From NCBI GenBank assembly GCA_029259175.1, contig JAPDJH010000012.1, forward strand, positions 1 to 62,624: a DNA stretch of 62,624 nucleotides, written 5' to 3'. This stretch comes from Hadesarchaea archaeon (GTDB lineage: Archaea > Hadarchaeota > Hadarchaeia > Hadarchaeales > Hadarchaeaceae). Made by a program: the position numbers and the translations under genes. The notes beneath the pieces were generated by a model. It was not told the origin of the DNA and did no database searches. It saw nothing but the letters and a program-made list of their open reading frames with translations. Of the stretch, positions 9,840-20,792 are shown one piece after another (position 1 is the first letter of the stretch; each line of letters starts with the position of its first letter).

Positions 9840-10872
9840 GCCGGGGCTCCTTCATGATGACCGTGCGAATCGGGAACGGGATTTCGATTCCTTCTTCCCG
9901 ATACCGCTTGTGAAGGGCTTTGATGAACTCGTGGGTCAGCAAATAGCGATCAACGTACTCCTTTGCTCTCAATATCACGGTGAAGTTAATGCTAAAATCG
10001 TCAAATGTGTGGTAGCGGATAAACGGCTCGAACTCGGCCACTCCTCCCTGAACCCGTTGGAGAACCTCTCTAGCCGTCTCGATGGTCACGCGCTCCACTT
10101 TCTCGAGATCGCTGTCGTAGCTCACGCCCACCTGTACGAGCACGGAAAGTTCCGGTTGAGGCAAATAGTAATTGGTCACGATGGAATCCGCAAGTTTGGC
10201 GTTGGGCACCACAACTATGTTGTTCGGAAGCTCGCGAATCTTCGTGCTTCTCCAGCCGATGTCCACCACATATCCCTCCGGCCCGCCTTCAATCTTTACA
10301 TAATCGCCAACGCGGACAGGGCGGTCGGTCATTATGTAAATGCCGGCGAAGAGCTGCGCGAGGGTTTCTTGAAGTGCAAAGGCTATGGCGATACCAGCAA
10401 TTCCGAGACCGGCCACAAGGGCTGTGACGTTGATGCCCAGAGAATTCAAAATGAGAATAAAGGCAACGAAATAAACCAACATTTTGAATACTTTTCCGAA
10501 GATGGGCGCAAGGGATTTCATCCCAGGTCTCGCTTGTGCATAATACGAGAGAATGCCCACAACTATTCGCACCGTTGCGAACGTGCCGAGCAGGATGATC
10601 AGGATGTTGCCGAAGACAGGAATAATTGATTTGATATCAGAAGAAACGAGTGCCGATTGGCACAACGCGAACGAGATTCCGGCTATGAGAAAGGCCAAAA
10701 CCAAAGGGGTCTTGATGGCCTGCAAAATTATGTCGTCGATTTTGGTTTCGGTTTTCTGTGCCCACTTCGCAACATAAAATGTGAGGAAATAGCGAATCGC
10801 GTATCCTGCCACCAAGAATCCAACAACGTAGAGAACCGTCCGAAGCGCCTCGACCAGCGTCCCGGTGTCCAC
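9826..10872 (-). CDS. mscS: Small-conductance mechanosensitive channel
   Basis: TM helices, AGLGIAGIAIAFALQETLAQLFAG, PVRVGDYV, GIEIPFP. Confidence 0.95.
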   Translation of the reverse strand: MDTGTLVEALRTVLYVVGFLVAGYAIRYFLTFYVAKWAQKTETKIDDIILQAIKTPLVLAFLIAGISFALCQSALVSSDIKSIIPVFGNILIILLGTFATVRIVVGILSYYAQARPGMKSLAPIFGKVFKMLVYFVAFILILNSLGINVTALVAGLGIAGIAIAFALQETLAQLFAGIYIMTDRPVRVGDYVKIEGGPEGYVVDIGWRSTKIRELPNNIVVVPNAKLADSIVTNYYLPQPELSVLVQVGVSYDSDLEKVERVTIETAREVLQRVQGGVAEFEPFIRYHTFDDFSINFTVILRAKEYVDRYLLTHEFIKALHKRYREEGIEIPFPIRTVIMKEPRPTSS

Positions 10873-10881
10873 ACGATCACC

Positions 10882-12093
10882 TCAGCTGAGTAGTTCGATG
10901 GCCAAGTCCAGCCAGTTCTCAAGATGGCGTGTTATCAAAAAGTTCTCCTTCACGTGCTGAATAGCTTTCTCACCCATTTTCTCTCTCAGAGTTCTGTCGC
11001 CGATGATATCCATCACGCGTTCTGCCATCGTGCTGTGATCGTAGGGATCCACAAGGAAGCCGTTTTCCCCGTCTTTCACTTGAGCGGGTATCCCTCCCAC
11101 ATTAGAGGCGACCACAGGAGTCCCTTTCCACAACGCTTCTGTTACCGAGAGACCAAATCCCTCGCGTAACGATTTCTGAACCACCACATCGGCGGCGCGT
11201 TGAATGGCGTTTACCATCACGTCGTGGGCCCCCAGTATAACGTGGATATCGCGCTTGTTTTTCACGGCGGCCATGAGCTTTTCATACATTTCCTGACCTT
11301 CCGGGTCGTCCAACGCCATGTCTCCAACAAGCACCAGCTGACAGTCCACTTCTCTCCGAACTCTTTCGAACACATCCACCACACCGATCTGGTCTTTCCA
11401 TTTGTCGAAACGGGAGATCTGAGCTATTATCGGGCGTTTGGGATCAAGACCGGCTTTCATCACATATTTGCGAATTGTGGTGCGCGACAAGGGCATGTTC
11501 TTGAGCGAGAGCGGATCGATGGAGGGCTGGATTATGCGGTACTCGCCCGGTACTCCCCTAGCAGCGAATTGCTCCATCTGATAGACCACGAGATCGTACC
11601 TCAGCACATAGCCCTTGAGGTAATTCCACAGTTTCCGGTTCGGTCTGGAAAGATCAATGTGGCAACGCCAGACCCACGGCTGGCGTTTTCTGTAGAACGT
11701 GATGAGAGGCAAGGGCTGGGGATCGTGGACGATGACGAGATCGTGGTCGATGTGGGTAAGCTTGGCAAACGTTTCGTTTGTCTCCTCGTAGATTCGAATT
11801 TTTTTCCTTGTGAGAGAGATCTGATCCCCTTGTAAAGCATTATGGAACTTCTTGGTCACGCGGAAGAAATCCGGAGAGCCGACCAGTATTCTCCATCCCA
11901 CACGAACACCGATGTCGTTCATCAACGGGATCAGACTTCTGAGAATTTCGGCGACTCCTCCACCATATGGAGTAGAATTGATGTGGAGAATGTGCTTCTT
12001 ATACAGTTTTCTTCCCTTTCGATAAATCTCAGCGATAACCGCATCGTCGACAATGCCCCGATAGTCCGTCAGACGCCGCACCATTTGGCTCAT
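10882..12093 (-). CDS. treT: TreT-like trehalose glycosyltransferring synthase (GT4)
   Basis: HINSTPYGGGVAEIL, FFRVTKKFHNALQG, HDPQP, WRCHID, SRFDKWKD, QKSLREGFGL; ATG 12093 preferred. Confidence 0.88.
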   Translation of the reverse strand: MSQMVRRLTDYRGIVDDAVIAEIYRKGRKLYKKHILHINSTPYGGGVAEILRSLIPLMNDIGVRVGWRILVGSPDFFRVTKKFHNALQGDQISLTRKKIRIYEETNETFAKLTHIDHDLVIVHDPQPLPLITFYRKRQPWVWRCHIDLSRPNRKLWNYLKGYVLRYDLVVYQMEQFAARGVPGEYRIIQPSIDPLSLKNMPLSRTTIRKYVMKAGLDPKRPIIAQISRFDKWKDQIGVVDVFERVRREVDCQLVLVGDMALDDPEGQEMYEKLMAAVKNKRDIHVILGAHDVMVNAIQRAADVVVQKSLREGFGLSVTEALWKGTPVVASNVGGIPAQVKDGENGFLVDPYDHSTMAERVMDIIGDRTLREKMGEKAIQHVKENFLITRHLENWLDLAIELLS

Positions 12094-12141
12094 ACCATCA
12101 TCCACAGCTTTCAATTTAAACCCACGGGTAGAGTAGAAGTG

Positions 12142-12888
12142 ATGCAGCACTTCTCGCGTCTCCTCCCCGAGTTGAGAAAGAAGAAACTCTTCATCTTTCT
12201 GGACTACGATGGGACCTTAGTAGATATCGCACCGACACCGAAAGAGGCCAAGATGAACGAAAGCAGGCGTCGGTTGCTTCAGAATCTAAAAAAGAAATAC
12301 AAAATCGCGATTCTGAGTGGTCGTTCGTTACGAGAAATTCGAAAATTCGTTGGTGTGCGCGGCATATATTATGGAGGGAACCACGGACTCGAGATGGCTG
12401 GCCCGGGTATCCGCTTCGAACACGCCAAAGCGAAGCAAGCGCGCTCTCTAATACGGGCAATCTGGAGAGCGAGCAGAAAAACACTTGGAAAAGTGGAAGG
12501 TGCAGTAATAGAAAACAAGGGGCTCTCACTTGGTTTTCACTACCGGCTTGTCAAAAAGGAAAAGAGAAGTTGGTTCAAACGCCAAGTTTTAAATTTGGTC
12601 AAGCCATTTCCGCAGATTTCGGTTCAGCGGGGCAAGTGCGTAATCGAAGTCAGACCCAGGGTTGAATGGAACAAGGGAAGTGCCGTTCTGTGGCTGCTCC
12701 AAAAAAGTGGTGAAAGGAAGGCTATCGCTCTGTATTTCGGCGACGACCTTACCGACGAGGATGCCTTCAGGGCTTTGCGCACGCGTGGAATAGGAGTGCT
12801 GGTCGCACGCAGACCGAGAAAATCCCACGCTCGGTTTTATGTCCGCTCCCCAAGAGAAGTGGAGCAGGTTCTGGCTTCACTGCTTTAG
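12142..12888 (+). CDS. otsB: Trehalose-6-phosphate phosphatase (HAD IIB)
   Basis: FLDYDGTL, SGR, GNHGLE, EVRP..WNKG, GDDLTDEDAF; divergent from treT, with ATG 12142 preferred over 11842. Confidence 0.93.
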   Translation: MQHFSRLLPELRKKKLFIFLDYDGTLVDIAPTPKEAKMNESRRRLLQNLKKKYKIAILSGRSLREIRKFVGVRGIYYGGNHGLEMAGPGIRFEHAKAKQARSLIRAIWRASRKTLGKVEGAVIENKGLSLGFHYRLVKKEKRSWFKRQVLNLVKPFPQISVQRGKCVIEVRPRVEWNKGSAVLWLLQKSGERKAIALYFGDDLTDEDAFRALRTRGIGVLVARRPRKSHARFYVRSPREVEQVLASLL

Positions 12889-13853
12889 CTCCGCTGTCCC
12901 ACAAGAGCGAAATGGGCAAGCATGGCTTCAAGCTGGAGCAGTTCGTTGGCGCCCTGTATGAGACGATAGGAAAACTCACCCACTTTGTCCACCAAATCAA
13001 CTTTCAAGTCTTCGGGGATTTTCAAATTATAGATTTCGCGATGGACCTGTGTGAGGAGGTCCTCGCCGGCAAGCCCCTGATCGATCAATAAAGAATGGAG
13101 CTTTTTTCTGGCCTCCAAGAACTTCCCATCAAGAGCAAGCTGAATCATTTCGCGGACCTCCGTGGGTTTAGCCACCGCCATCACCTCATAAACCGCCTTC
13201 TCGTCGACTTTCTTCCTGAGAGTAGCGGCTGCTTGTAGGATGTTGATGGCCCTCCTCATATCTCCCTCGCTCACATAGACTATCGCGTTTGCACCATCAG
13301 CCGTCAGAGTAAACTTTTCTGCTTTAGCTATGCGCTGAAGCATGGTCTTGATATCATCTGCTTCGAGGCGCTTGAAGCGGAAAATCGCACACCGCGACTG
13401 GATGGGTTCAATGATGCGGCTCGAGTAGTTGCAGTCAAGAATGAAGCGACACGTGTTTGTAAACATCTCCATCATCCGGCGAAGGGCGTGTTGGGCGTCG
13501 GCGGTAAGCGCATCGCTCTCATCCAACAAAATAATCTTGAACGGCACATCACCTATGGGTTTCGTGCGAGCATAGTCTTTCACCTTAGTTCTGATCGTGT
13601 CGATTCCTCTTTCATCGCTGGCGTTAAGCTCCAGCATGTTTTGCCGCCAAGCATCACCAAAAAGACCTCTAGCAATGCACAACGCCGCCGTGGTTTTTCC
13701 CGTTCCAGCTGGGCCAGCAAAAAGAAGGTGAGGCATCGCTTTTTTCTTGACAAATGTTTTTAGCCGGCTGATTATCTCCGAGTGCCCCACCATCTCATCC
13801 AACGTCTGCGGTCGATACTTCTCCACCCAAATCTCCAGTTCCTCCCCTGGCAT
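12885..13853 (-). CDS. rfcS: Replication factor C small subunit
   Basis: WVEKYRP, GPAGTGKT, ELNASDERG, LDESD, QSRC; no intein. Confidence 0.97.
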   Translation of the reverse strand: MPGEELEIWVEKYRPQTLDEMVGHSEIISRLKTFVKKKAMPHLLFAGPAGTGKTTAALCIARGLFGDAWRQNMLELNASDERGIDTIRTKVKDYARTKPIGDVPFKIILLDESDALTADAQHALRRMMEMFTNTCRFILDCNYSSRIIEPIQSRCAIFRFKRLEADDIKTMLQRIAKAEKFTLTADGANAIVYVSEGDMRRAINILQAAATLRKKVDEKAVYEVMAVAKPTEVREMIQLALDGKFLEARKKLHSLLIDQGLAGEDLLTQVHREIYNLKIPEDLKVDLVDKVGEFSYRLIQGANELLQLEAMLAHFALVGQRS

Positions 13854-13948
13854 GGTAACCCTTACCATTTTTACTTTCCCATATATAATCAATCTCGTTT
13901 AGCGCACAGCGATTTAAAAGCGAACAGTTCACAATAGGATGGGTCTGG

Positions 13949-16918
13949 ATGATAAAGCCTGCAGCAAAGTTTTACGATCCCATCAGGAAGGAACGGGAGA
14001 TCCGGGAATGGTGGGAGACAGCAAAGATTTACGAAAAGCTTAAAGAAATGCAGAAAGGCCGGCCAAAATGGACGTTTCTGGATGGGCCACCCTACGCTAG
14101 CGGGTCTATTCATCTAGGAACTGCATGGAACAAAATCATTAAAGACACCATTTTGCGGTACAAGACCATGCGCGGCTTCGATGTCACGCGACAACCCGGC
14201 TGGGACTGCCACGGGTTGCCCATAGAAGTAAAAGTGGAAGAGAAGCTCCAGGTGAAGTCGAAGAAAGAAATCGAGGAAAGAATAGGTGTTGCCAACTTCA
14301 TCCAGCAGTGCAAGCAGTGGGCGATTGAGCACGTCAAGATCATGACTGAGCAGTTCAAAGAACTCGGAGTATGGATGGATTGGGACTCGCCCTACATCAC
14401 GTTCAAGAACGAGTACATCGAATCCGCGTGGTGGACGCTCAAGCGAGCATATGAAAAAAATCTGTTGAAAAGAGATTTGCGCGTCATTCACTGGTGTCCG
14501 CGATGCGAGACGGCTCTGGCCGAGCACGAAGTCCGCGGCGAGTACTACGAGGTCTCTGATCCCTCTCTCTATGTGAAGTTCAAAGTCCGTGGCAAGCAAA
14601 ACGAGTACCTGCTGGTGTGGACGACCACTCCGTGGACCTTGCCGGCCAATGTTGCGGTGTGTGTTCACCCCGAATTCGAATATGCGAGAGTACTAGTCAA
14701 CGACGAAGTGCTCATCCTCGCTCGGGCTCTTATCTCTCGGGTGTTCCTAGAATTGGGCGTGAAGGATTACCAGGTGGTTGAGGTGGTGAAAGGAAAGGAA
14801 CTAGAAGGGCTTCAGTACGAGCACCCGCTGATCAACGAGGTTCCCGCTCAGCGCGAGTTTGAAAAACATCACCGTGTCATCTGTGGCGAGCTAGTGACTC
14901 TTGAGGAGGGAACAGGGTGTGTGCACATAGCTCCGGGACACGGAGAAGAGGACTTCGAAATAGGCGAGAAGTACCAGTTGCCAGTGTTTAGCCCAGTGGG
15001 ACCTGACGGAAAGTTCACCGGGGAAGCTGGAAAATACGCCAGATTGTACGTGAAAGCGGCGGACGAGCTGATCATAGAGGATTTAAAGAAAAAGGGACTG
15101 GTAGCAAAATACGGTAAGATCAAGCACACTTATCCGCATTGCTGGAGGTGTCGAACCCCTCTCATCTTCCGTGCGACTGAGCAATGGTTTCTAACAGTGA
15201 AGGAGCTGAAACCCCGAATCTTGGAACTCAACTCCAAAGTGAAGTGGACTCCCGGATGGGCTGCAGTCCGATATGTGAATGGAGTAGAATCGGTGGGTGA
15301 TTGGTGTATCTCGCGCCAGCGCTACTGGGGAATACCGATGCCGGTGTGGATGTGTTCCAGTTGCGGACAGCTGCTCGTGATCGGCTCTCTGGACGAGCTC
15401 AGACAGATGGCAAGAACGGAGATAAGCGAGGACATCGATCTGCACAAGCCAGACGTGGATAAGATAGAGCTCAGATGCCCATGCGGAGGGAGCGCGAAAA
15501 GAATTCCGGACGTGCTCGATGTGTGGTTCGACTCCGGAGTGGCATCGTGGGCTAGTCTAGAGCATCCCAAACGAGAGCTCCATGGGTGGCCTTTCGACTT
15601 CATAACGGAGGGAGAAGACCAAATCACAAAGTGGTTCTACAGCCAGCAGGTGCTCTCGGTCGTGGCGTTCGACGATGTCCCCTACAAATCAGTTCTGATG
15701 CACGGCTTCGCGCTCGATGAACAGGGACGCAAGATGTCAAAATCTTTGGGGAACGTGGTGGAACCCCAGGAAGTTGTGAGGCGATACGGCGCTGACGTTC
15801 TCAGGTTCTACATGCTCTCTGCCAATCCGGTGTGGGAGGATCTCAAGTTCAGCTGGAAAGGGGTCGAACTCATTTACAAACTGTTAAACGTGTTGTGGAA
15901 CGTGCACGTGTTCGCCACCACCTATATGTCGCTTGACGGATTCAATCCCGCTCAAGCAGATATGGAAAAAATCAATCAGGGGCTGCTGCCCGAAGACCGC
16001 TGGCTCATTTCGAGGATCAACAGCTTAGTCTCAAAGGTGACCAAGGAGATGGAGGAATACAACTTGCACTTGGCCGCGAGAGAGATCGCGGAGTTCATTC
16101 TTGAGGATCTCAGCAGGCGGTATATCAAGCTGATCAGAGGACGGGTGTGGATAGAAAAAGAAGATCCGCACAAACTTGCTGCTTATGCGGCGCTCTACCA
16201 GAGCATGCACGTCCTGATCAGACTGCTAGCACCGTTCATGCCCCACGTGACGGAAGTTCTCTATTGCGAGCTAGTCCGCGCGGTGTCTCCCAACGCCCCC
16301 GAAAGCGTTCACATGCTTCCATGGCCCACGGTCGATCAGTCGCAGATAGACCGCAAGCTCGAAGAGGGGATGAGTATCGTCAGTCGGTTTGTCGAAGCCG
16401 CTGCAAGAATCAGACAAGAAGCGGGACTCAAGCTGAGGTGGCCTGTGCAAACAATCGTTGTAAGAACTGGAAAGAAAGAACTGATCCGGGAACTGAAGGA
16501 TTTGTTCCAGTCACAGCTCAACTGTAAAGAACTGGTGATTTTGGGCGAGAACGACAAGCTTCCTAGGGACACGGAGGAATTCAGAAAAACCAGCACCGAA
16601 TACGGAGAGATATGGGTAGATATGCGCATGAGCCCAGAGCTCAAAGCAGAGGCGCTCGCGAGAGAGGTGGTTAGACGTATGCAGATGATGCGGAAAGAGA
16701 TGGATCTCGAGATGGAAGAGCGTGTCGACGCCATTGTAGGTGTTGAGAACCGCGACGATCTCTATATGCTCTCGGGGCAACAGGAGTACATCAAGCGAGA
16801 GGTCAGAATCCGAAATCTCCGGCTATGCCCAATCGAGGAAGCAAAAGAAAAGGGATATTCTAAAGAATGGAACATCGACGGAAAGAGGTACCAGCTCGCA
16901 CTGAAAAAGATAGGCTAG
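13949..16918 (+). CDS. ileS: Isoleucyl-tRNA synthetase
   Basis: DGPPYA..HLGT, GWDCHGLP, WTTTPWT, WCISRQRYWG, KMSKS. Confidence 0.97.
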   Translation: MIKPAAKFYDPIRKEREIREWWETAKIYEKLKEMQKGRPKWTFLDGPPYASGSIHLGTAWNKIIKDTILRYKTMRGFDVTRQPGWDCHGLPIEVKVEEKLQVKSKKEIEERIGVANFIQQCKQWAIEHVKIMTEQFKELGVWMDWDSPYITFKNEYIESAWWTLKRAYEKNLLKRDLRVIHWCPRCETALAEHEVRGEYYEVSDPSLYVKFKVRGKQNEYLLVWTTTPWTLPANVAVCVHPEFEYARVLVNDEVLILARALISRVFLELGVKDYQVVEVVKGKELEGLQYEHPLINEVPAQREFEKHHRVICGELVTLEEGTGCVHIAPGHGEEDFEIGEKYQLPVFSPVGPDGKFTGEAGKYARLYVKAADELIIEDLKKKGLVAKYGKIKHTYPHCWRCRTPLIFRATEQWFLTVKELKPRILELNSKVKWTPGWAAVRYVNGVESVGDWCISRQRYWGIPMPVWMCSSCGQLLVIGSLDELRQMARTEISEDIDLHKPDVDKIELRCPCGGSAKRIPDVLDVWFDSGVASWASLEHPKRELHGWPFDFITEGEDQITKWFYSQQVLSVVAFDDVPYKSVLMHGFALDEQGRKMSKSLGNVVEPQEVVRRYGADVLRFYMLSANPVWEDLKFSWKGVELIYKLLNVLWNVHVFATTYMSLDGFNPAQADMEKINQGLLPEDRWLISRINSLVSKVTKEMEEYNLHLAAREIAEFILEDLSRRYIKLIRGRVWIEKEDPHKLAAYAALYQSMHVLIRLLAPFMPHVTEVLYCELVRAVSPNAPESVHMLPWPTVDQSQIDRKLEEGMSIVSRFVEAAARIRQEAGLKLRWPVQTIVVRTGKKELIRELKDLFQSQLNCKELVILGENDKLPRDTEEFRKTSTEYGEIWVDMRMSPELKAEALAREVVRRMQMMRKEMDLEMEERVDAIVGVENRDDLYMLSGQQEYIKREVRIRNLRLCPIEEAKEKGYSKEWNIDGKRYQLALKKIG

Positions 16919-17298
16919 AGCCCCTTTACGATTCGCTCGACTCGCTTCACCATGGCCTCCTCGAATTTTTCCATGAGATATTTTCTGCGACGCTCGAGCT
17001 CCCTCTGTTTTCGTTCCAAGCGGTGGACGAACACAGAGGCAATCACTATGGGGGCCGCTAAGGCTAGAATCAACAGGGACGGCCAAGGGGTTGAAGTAGT
17101 GGTTAGCAAACTCCCGAGCAGAAGCATTACTGAGATGAAGAAGATCGCCACTCCGGCGCACCATATGGCCACGGCGGCTTTGAGCATTCGGCGGGAATAG
17201 CGTCTTTGGAGTTCGCGCAGGTGGTAGAGCTCTCTGTCGATCACCTGGATTTCACGCTTCACCGCCTGCGCCCTTGGGACCTTGGATTTCGGCATCAT
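16915..17298 (-). CDS. Small two-TM membrane protein with coiled-coil flanks
   Basis: Two hydrophobic segments flanked by charged helices. Confidence 0.65.
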   Translation of the reverse strand: MMPKSKVPRAQAVKREIQVIDRELYHLRELQRRYSRRMLKAAVAIWCAGVAIFFISVMLLLGSLLTTTSTPWPSLLILALAAPIVIASVFVHRLERKQRELERRRKYLMEKFEEAMVKRVERIVKGL

Positions 17299-17353
17299 TT
17301 TTACTCTATTTCAAACAATTTAAACGGTTGGAAATCTAAACACCAGGGGGAGC

Positions 17354-18634
17354 ATGAAAACCTCAGAACTCTCAGGTTTCTACAAATTGACACCAGAGGA
17401 AAGAATGAAAATCGTGAAGGAATTTGCAAATCTCACCGATGAGGAAGTGGAGTACCTCAGGAAAACCGGCGGGTTGGGACTGGACTTGGCAAACAGAATG
17501 ATAGAAAACGTGGTTGGCACCTTTGAACTGCCGCTCGGAATCGCCACCAATTTCAAAATCAATGGAAGGGATTATCTCATTCCCATGGCCATCGAAGAGC
17601 CCTCGGTCGTCGCCGCCGCTTCCAATGCTGCTAAGATGGCGAGGGTGAGGGGAGGGTTCTTCACGGAGAGCACCCCGCCGGTGATGATCGGGCAGATCCA
17701 ACTGACCAAAGTACCAAACCCAGAAGAAGCGGCGCGGATCGTCCTAGAGCGGAAGAAGGAGCTCATTCAAATAGCAAACGAACAAGACCCATTGCTCGTT
17801 AAGCTGGGTGGGGGTGCGGTCGATATCGAAGCACGAGTGCTCCAGACAGAGCGCGGACCGATGGTGATAATCCACCTGCTGGTCAACGTGCTGGACGCAA
17901 TGGGAGCAAACGTGGTCAACACCATGTGCGAGGCTGTTGCTCCTGCGATCGAAGCGCTCACGAAGGGAAAAGTGTTCTTGCGGATCGTCTCGAACTTGGC
18001 CATATACCGCATCGCAAAAGCGAGAGCTGTTTTTGCTCAAGAGGCGCTGGGAGGAGAGGAGGTTGTCGAAGGCATTTTGGAGGCCTACGCTTTCGCTGCG
18101 GCGGATCCGTTCCGGTGCGCGACACATAACAAGGGCATTATGAATGGAGTAATCGCGGTTGCACTGGCGACGGCAAACGACACGCGCGCGCTGGAAGCCG
18201 GGGCACATGCCTATGCGGCGTATGGTGGGCGCTACAAGCCGCTGAGCCATTGGAGTAAGACGGTCGACGGAGATCTGCTCGGGACTATCGAGTTGCCGGT
18301 AGCTGTGGGCACGGTGGGAGGAATAACTGCTGTGCATCCGTTGGCTAAAATCTGCAGAAAAATTCTGGGTGTCCAAAGTGCGCGTGAGCTGGGAGAGATC
18401 ATGGCGGCAGTGGGGTTGGCCAACAATCTGGCGGCCATGCGCGCTCTGGCCACCGAGGGAATCCAGCGAGGACACATGAAGCTCCACGCGCGCAACATTG
18501 CGGTGATGGCCGGTGCGGAGGGCGATCTGATCGACTTGGTGGCGGCCCGTCTGATCGCTGAACGAAAAATACGAGCAGACAGGGCAAAGGAGATATTGGA
18601 AGAACTGAAAAAGGCGGGCATAACAAAACCGTGA
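17354..18634 (+). CDS. hmgA: Class II (bacterial-type) HMG-CoA reductase
   Basis: MIENVVG, EEPSVVAAAS, DAMGAN, THNKGIMNG, GIQRGHMKLH. Confidence 0.95.
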   Translation: MKTSELSGFYKLTPEERMKIVKEFANLTDEEVEYLRKTGGLGLDLANRMIENVVGTFELPLGIATNFKINGRDYLIPMAIEEPSVVAAASNAAKMARVRGGFFTESTPPVMIGQIQLTKVPNPEEAARIVLERKKELIQIANEQDPLLVKLGGGAVDIEARVLQTERGPMVIIHLLVNVLDAMGANVVNTMCEAVAPAIEALTKGKVFLRIVSNLAIYRIAKARAVFAQEALGGEEVVEGILEAYAFAAADPFRCATHNKGIMNGVIAVALATANDTRALEAGAHAYAAYGGRYKPLSHWSKTVDGDLLGTIELPVAVGTVGGITAVHPLAKICRKILGVQSARELGEIMAAVGLANNLAAMRALATEGIQRGHMKLHARNIAVMAGAEGDLIDLVAARLIAERKIRADRAKEILEELKKAGITKP

Positions 18635-18692
18635 TTTTTACTTTCGGCTACCTCCCTTTCAAAGGACTTTAATAACGCCTGTACCAGTTGTT

Positions 18693-20792
18693 GTGAGGCT
18701 GGACTCGATGATGACGTTGGAACAGATTGTTAGGAGGATTGCTGAATCGTCTGGACTGTCGGTCGAGGAAATAATGGAGCGGATTCGAAAAATCAGGGAA
18801 AAATTCGAACTGCTAACGCCTGAAGGGGCTGCGCGGATAGTCGCTCAAGAACTCGGAGTAAAGCTGGAAACGGCACAGGTGGTTGTCCGACCGCTTCGGA
18901 TAGAAGATCTCGCGCCCGGTATGTCTAGGATTGACTTGGTTGCGCGGGTAATCCGGATCTATCCGGTTAGAGAGTTTCAGTACTCAAGCGGACGGATGGG
19001 AAAAAGAGGAGGTGTGCTGCTCCAAGACGCGACTGGGACCATTAGACTGGCGCTCTGGGATGATCAAAACTCGGTGCTGGAAGCTGGAATGATCCAGAAG
19101 GGAGACGCGGTGCGGATAAAGAACGGATACGTGGTCAAGGGGATCGATGGGGCGAACGAACTCAGACTGGGAAACCGAGGGGCGATCGAATCAAATCCGA
19201 GCGATCCACGCGTGGATGAGTTACCGCCGTTTTCTGCTGAGCCCACAAAAATCGGGGATCTCAGGCCCGAAATGGGGGAGGCTGACGTACTGGGAAGGGT
19301 GGCGAGTGTTGGAGGCATACGGACTTTTGAGAGGCCGGATGGTGGAATGGCGAAGGTGGCCACTCTCATGCTGGATGATGGAAGCGGAGTCATCCGGGTG
19401 TCGCTGTGGGAGCCATGGGCGGAGCTCGTAAACCGCTTAGAGGTGGGACGGCCGCTCATGCTCGAAAACGCCACGGTGCGCACCGGCTTTCGGGGAGGGG
19501 TAGAGCTAAGCGTTGGAGGAAGAAGTCGAGTGATCATTGATCCACCGGGAGGAGAGGAACTGCCCCCGGTGAGAGAGAGAATGGTGAAAGTGAAGGAGGT
19601 GGAGCCAAACATGCCCAGTGTCAATATCGCTTTGAGAATCAAGCGCGTGTTTCCGGTGGTGGAATTCAGGCGCTCGGATGGAAGCACATCTCAGGTTTTG
19701 AGTGTGATTGGAAGTGACGACACCGGCACAATACGAGTAAGCTTCTGGGATGAACAAGTGGAGAAGGCGAAAGAATTGAAGCAGGACGACGTCCTCCTGT
19801 TGAAAAATGCTTATTCGCGGACGGGCTTGCGAGACAGGCCAGAAATCCATGTGGGGCGAAACACGCTGGTGGAGATCAATCCATCCGGAGTGGAGGTGGA
19901 AGCATTCAAACCATGCTACACAAAGCTCGGAGACGTGGAGATCGGGGATGAAGGGCTGGAGGTCGTGGGGCGAGTGCTGGAAGTCCAGCCGTTGCGGGAG
20001 TACGCGACGCCTGATGGCCGGACGGGAAAAGTGCTCTCGATGCTCATAGCGGATGAAACCGCTGCGCTACGCATCAATTTCTGGCGGGAAAAGGCGGACT
20101 TGGTAGCGGGAGTGAAGCGAGGAGATGTTCTGAGGGCTTCCGATGTGTACTGCTCGGCCGGGCTCTACGGACTGCCCGAACTCCATCTGGCGAGGGATGG
20201 GGAGGTAGAGATAAACCCTGCGGGGGTGGAGCTTCCGCCCGTGGAGGACTTGCAGAAGCTCACGGGCGAGAGGCGAAGGGTGTGGATTGAAGAAATCGAT
20301 AAAGCGGGGGAGCGGGTCGAGATCCGAGGGACGATTGTGCACGTCTTTCAGCGAAAGCCGCTTTTCTATCTGTGTCCGGAATGCGGCAAAAGCGTCAGCG
20401 GAGAGGGAGACATCGTCTGTGAGAACTGTGGAAAACACATCACGCCGATAGCGCGAGCGGTTCTGAGCTTTTTGTGCGACGACGGGACGGGAAACATAAG
20501 AACCACCGTGTTCGGTGATCTGGCCGAGCGCGCTCTCAAGCTCAGCGCTCAGGAGCTCTCGGAAAGACTGAAGTCCGAGACCGATCCGAGCAGCATATTC
20601 GAAGAGGCCGGACTGATTGGGCGAGAAGTGGTCGTGCGTGGAGTGGTGAAATACGATTCGTTCAGCGACGCGCTCGAGCTCAGAGGGCTGGAGATCGAAG
20701 AGCCGGCGCCCATCGCGGAGGGGGGGCGCCTACTCGAAGAGATAAAAGAACTGCGCATAAAGAAAGAGGGGGAGCTGAGTGAGCAAGGATAA
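18693..20792 (+). CDS. rpa: Multi-OB-fold replication protein A with C-terminal zinc finger
   Basis: Five D(x)TG(x)IR-type OB repeats and CPECGK..CENCG; upstream of radA. Confidence 0.9.
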   Translation: MRLDSMMTLEQIVRRIAESSGLSVEEIMERIRKIREKFELLTPEGAARIVAQELGVKLETAQVVVRPLRIEDLAPGMSRIDLVARVIRIYPVREFQYSSGRMGKRGGVLLQDATGTIRLALWDDQNSVLEAGMIQKGDAVRIKNGYVVKGIDGANELRLGNRGAIESNPSDPRVDELPPFSAEPTKIGDLRPEMGEADVLGRVASVGGIRTFERPDGGMAKVATLMLDDGSGVIRVSLWEPWAELVNRLEVGRPLMLENATVRTGFRGGVELSVGGRSRVIIDPPGGEELPPVRERMVKVKEVEPNMPSVNIALRIKRVFPVVEFRRSDGSTSQVLSVIGSDDTGTIRVSFWDEQVEKAKELKQDDVLLLKNAYSRTGLRDRPEIHVGRNTLVEINPSGVEVEAFKPCYTKLGDVEIGDEGLEVVGRVLEVQPLREYATPDGRTGKVLSMLIADETAALRINFWREKADLVAGVKRGDVLRASDVYCSAGLYGLPELHLARDGEVEINPAGVELPPVEDLQKLTGERRRVWIEEIDKAGERVEIRGTIVHVFQRKPLFYLCPECGKSVSGEGDIVCENCGKHITPIARAVLSFLCDDGTGNIRTTVFGDLAERALKLSAQELSERLKSETDPSSIFEEAGLIGREVVVRGVVKYDSFSDALELRGLEIEEPAPIAEGGRLLEEIKELRIKKEGELSEQG

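Noticed and set aside
17354-18634. Bacterial-type HMG-CoA reductase as a novelty
   Set aside because: Class II HMGR is already well known in several archaeal lineages such as Archaeoglobus.
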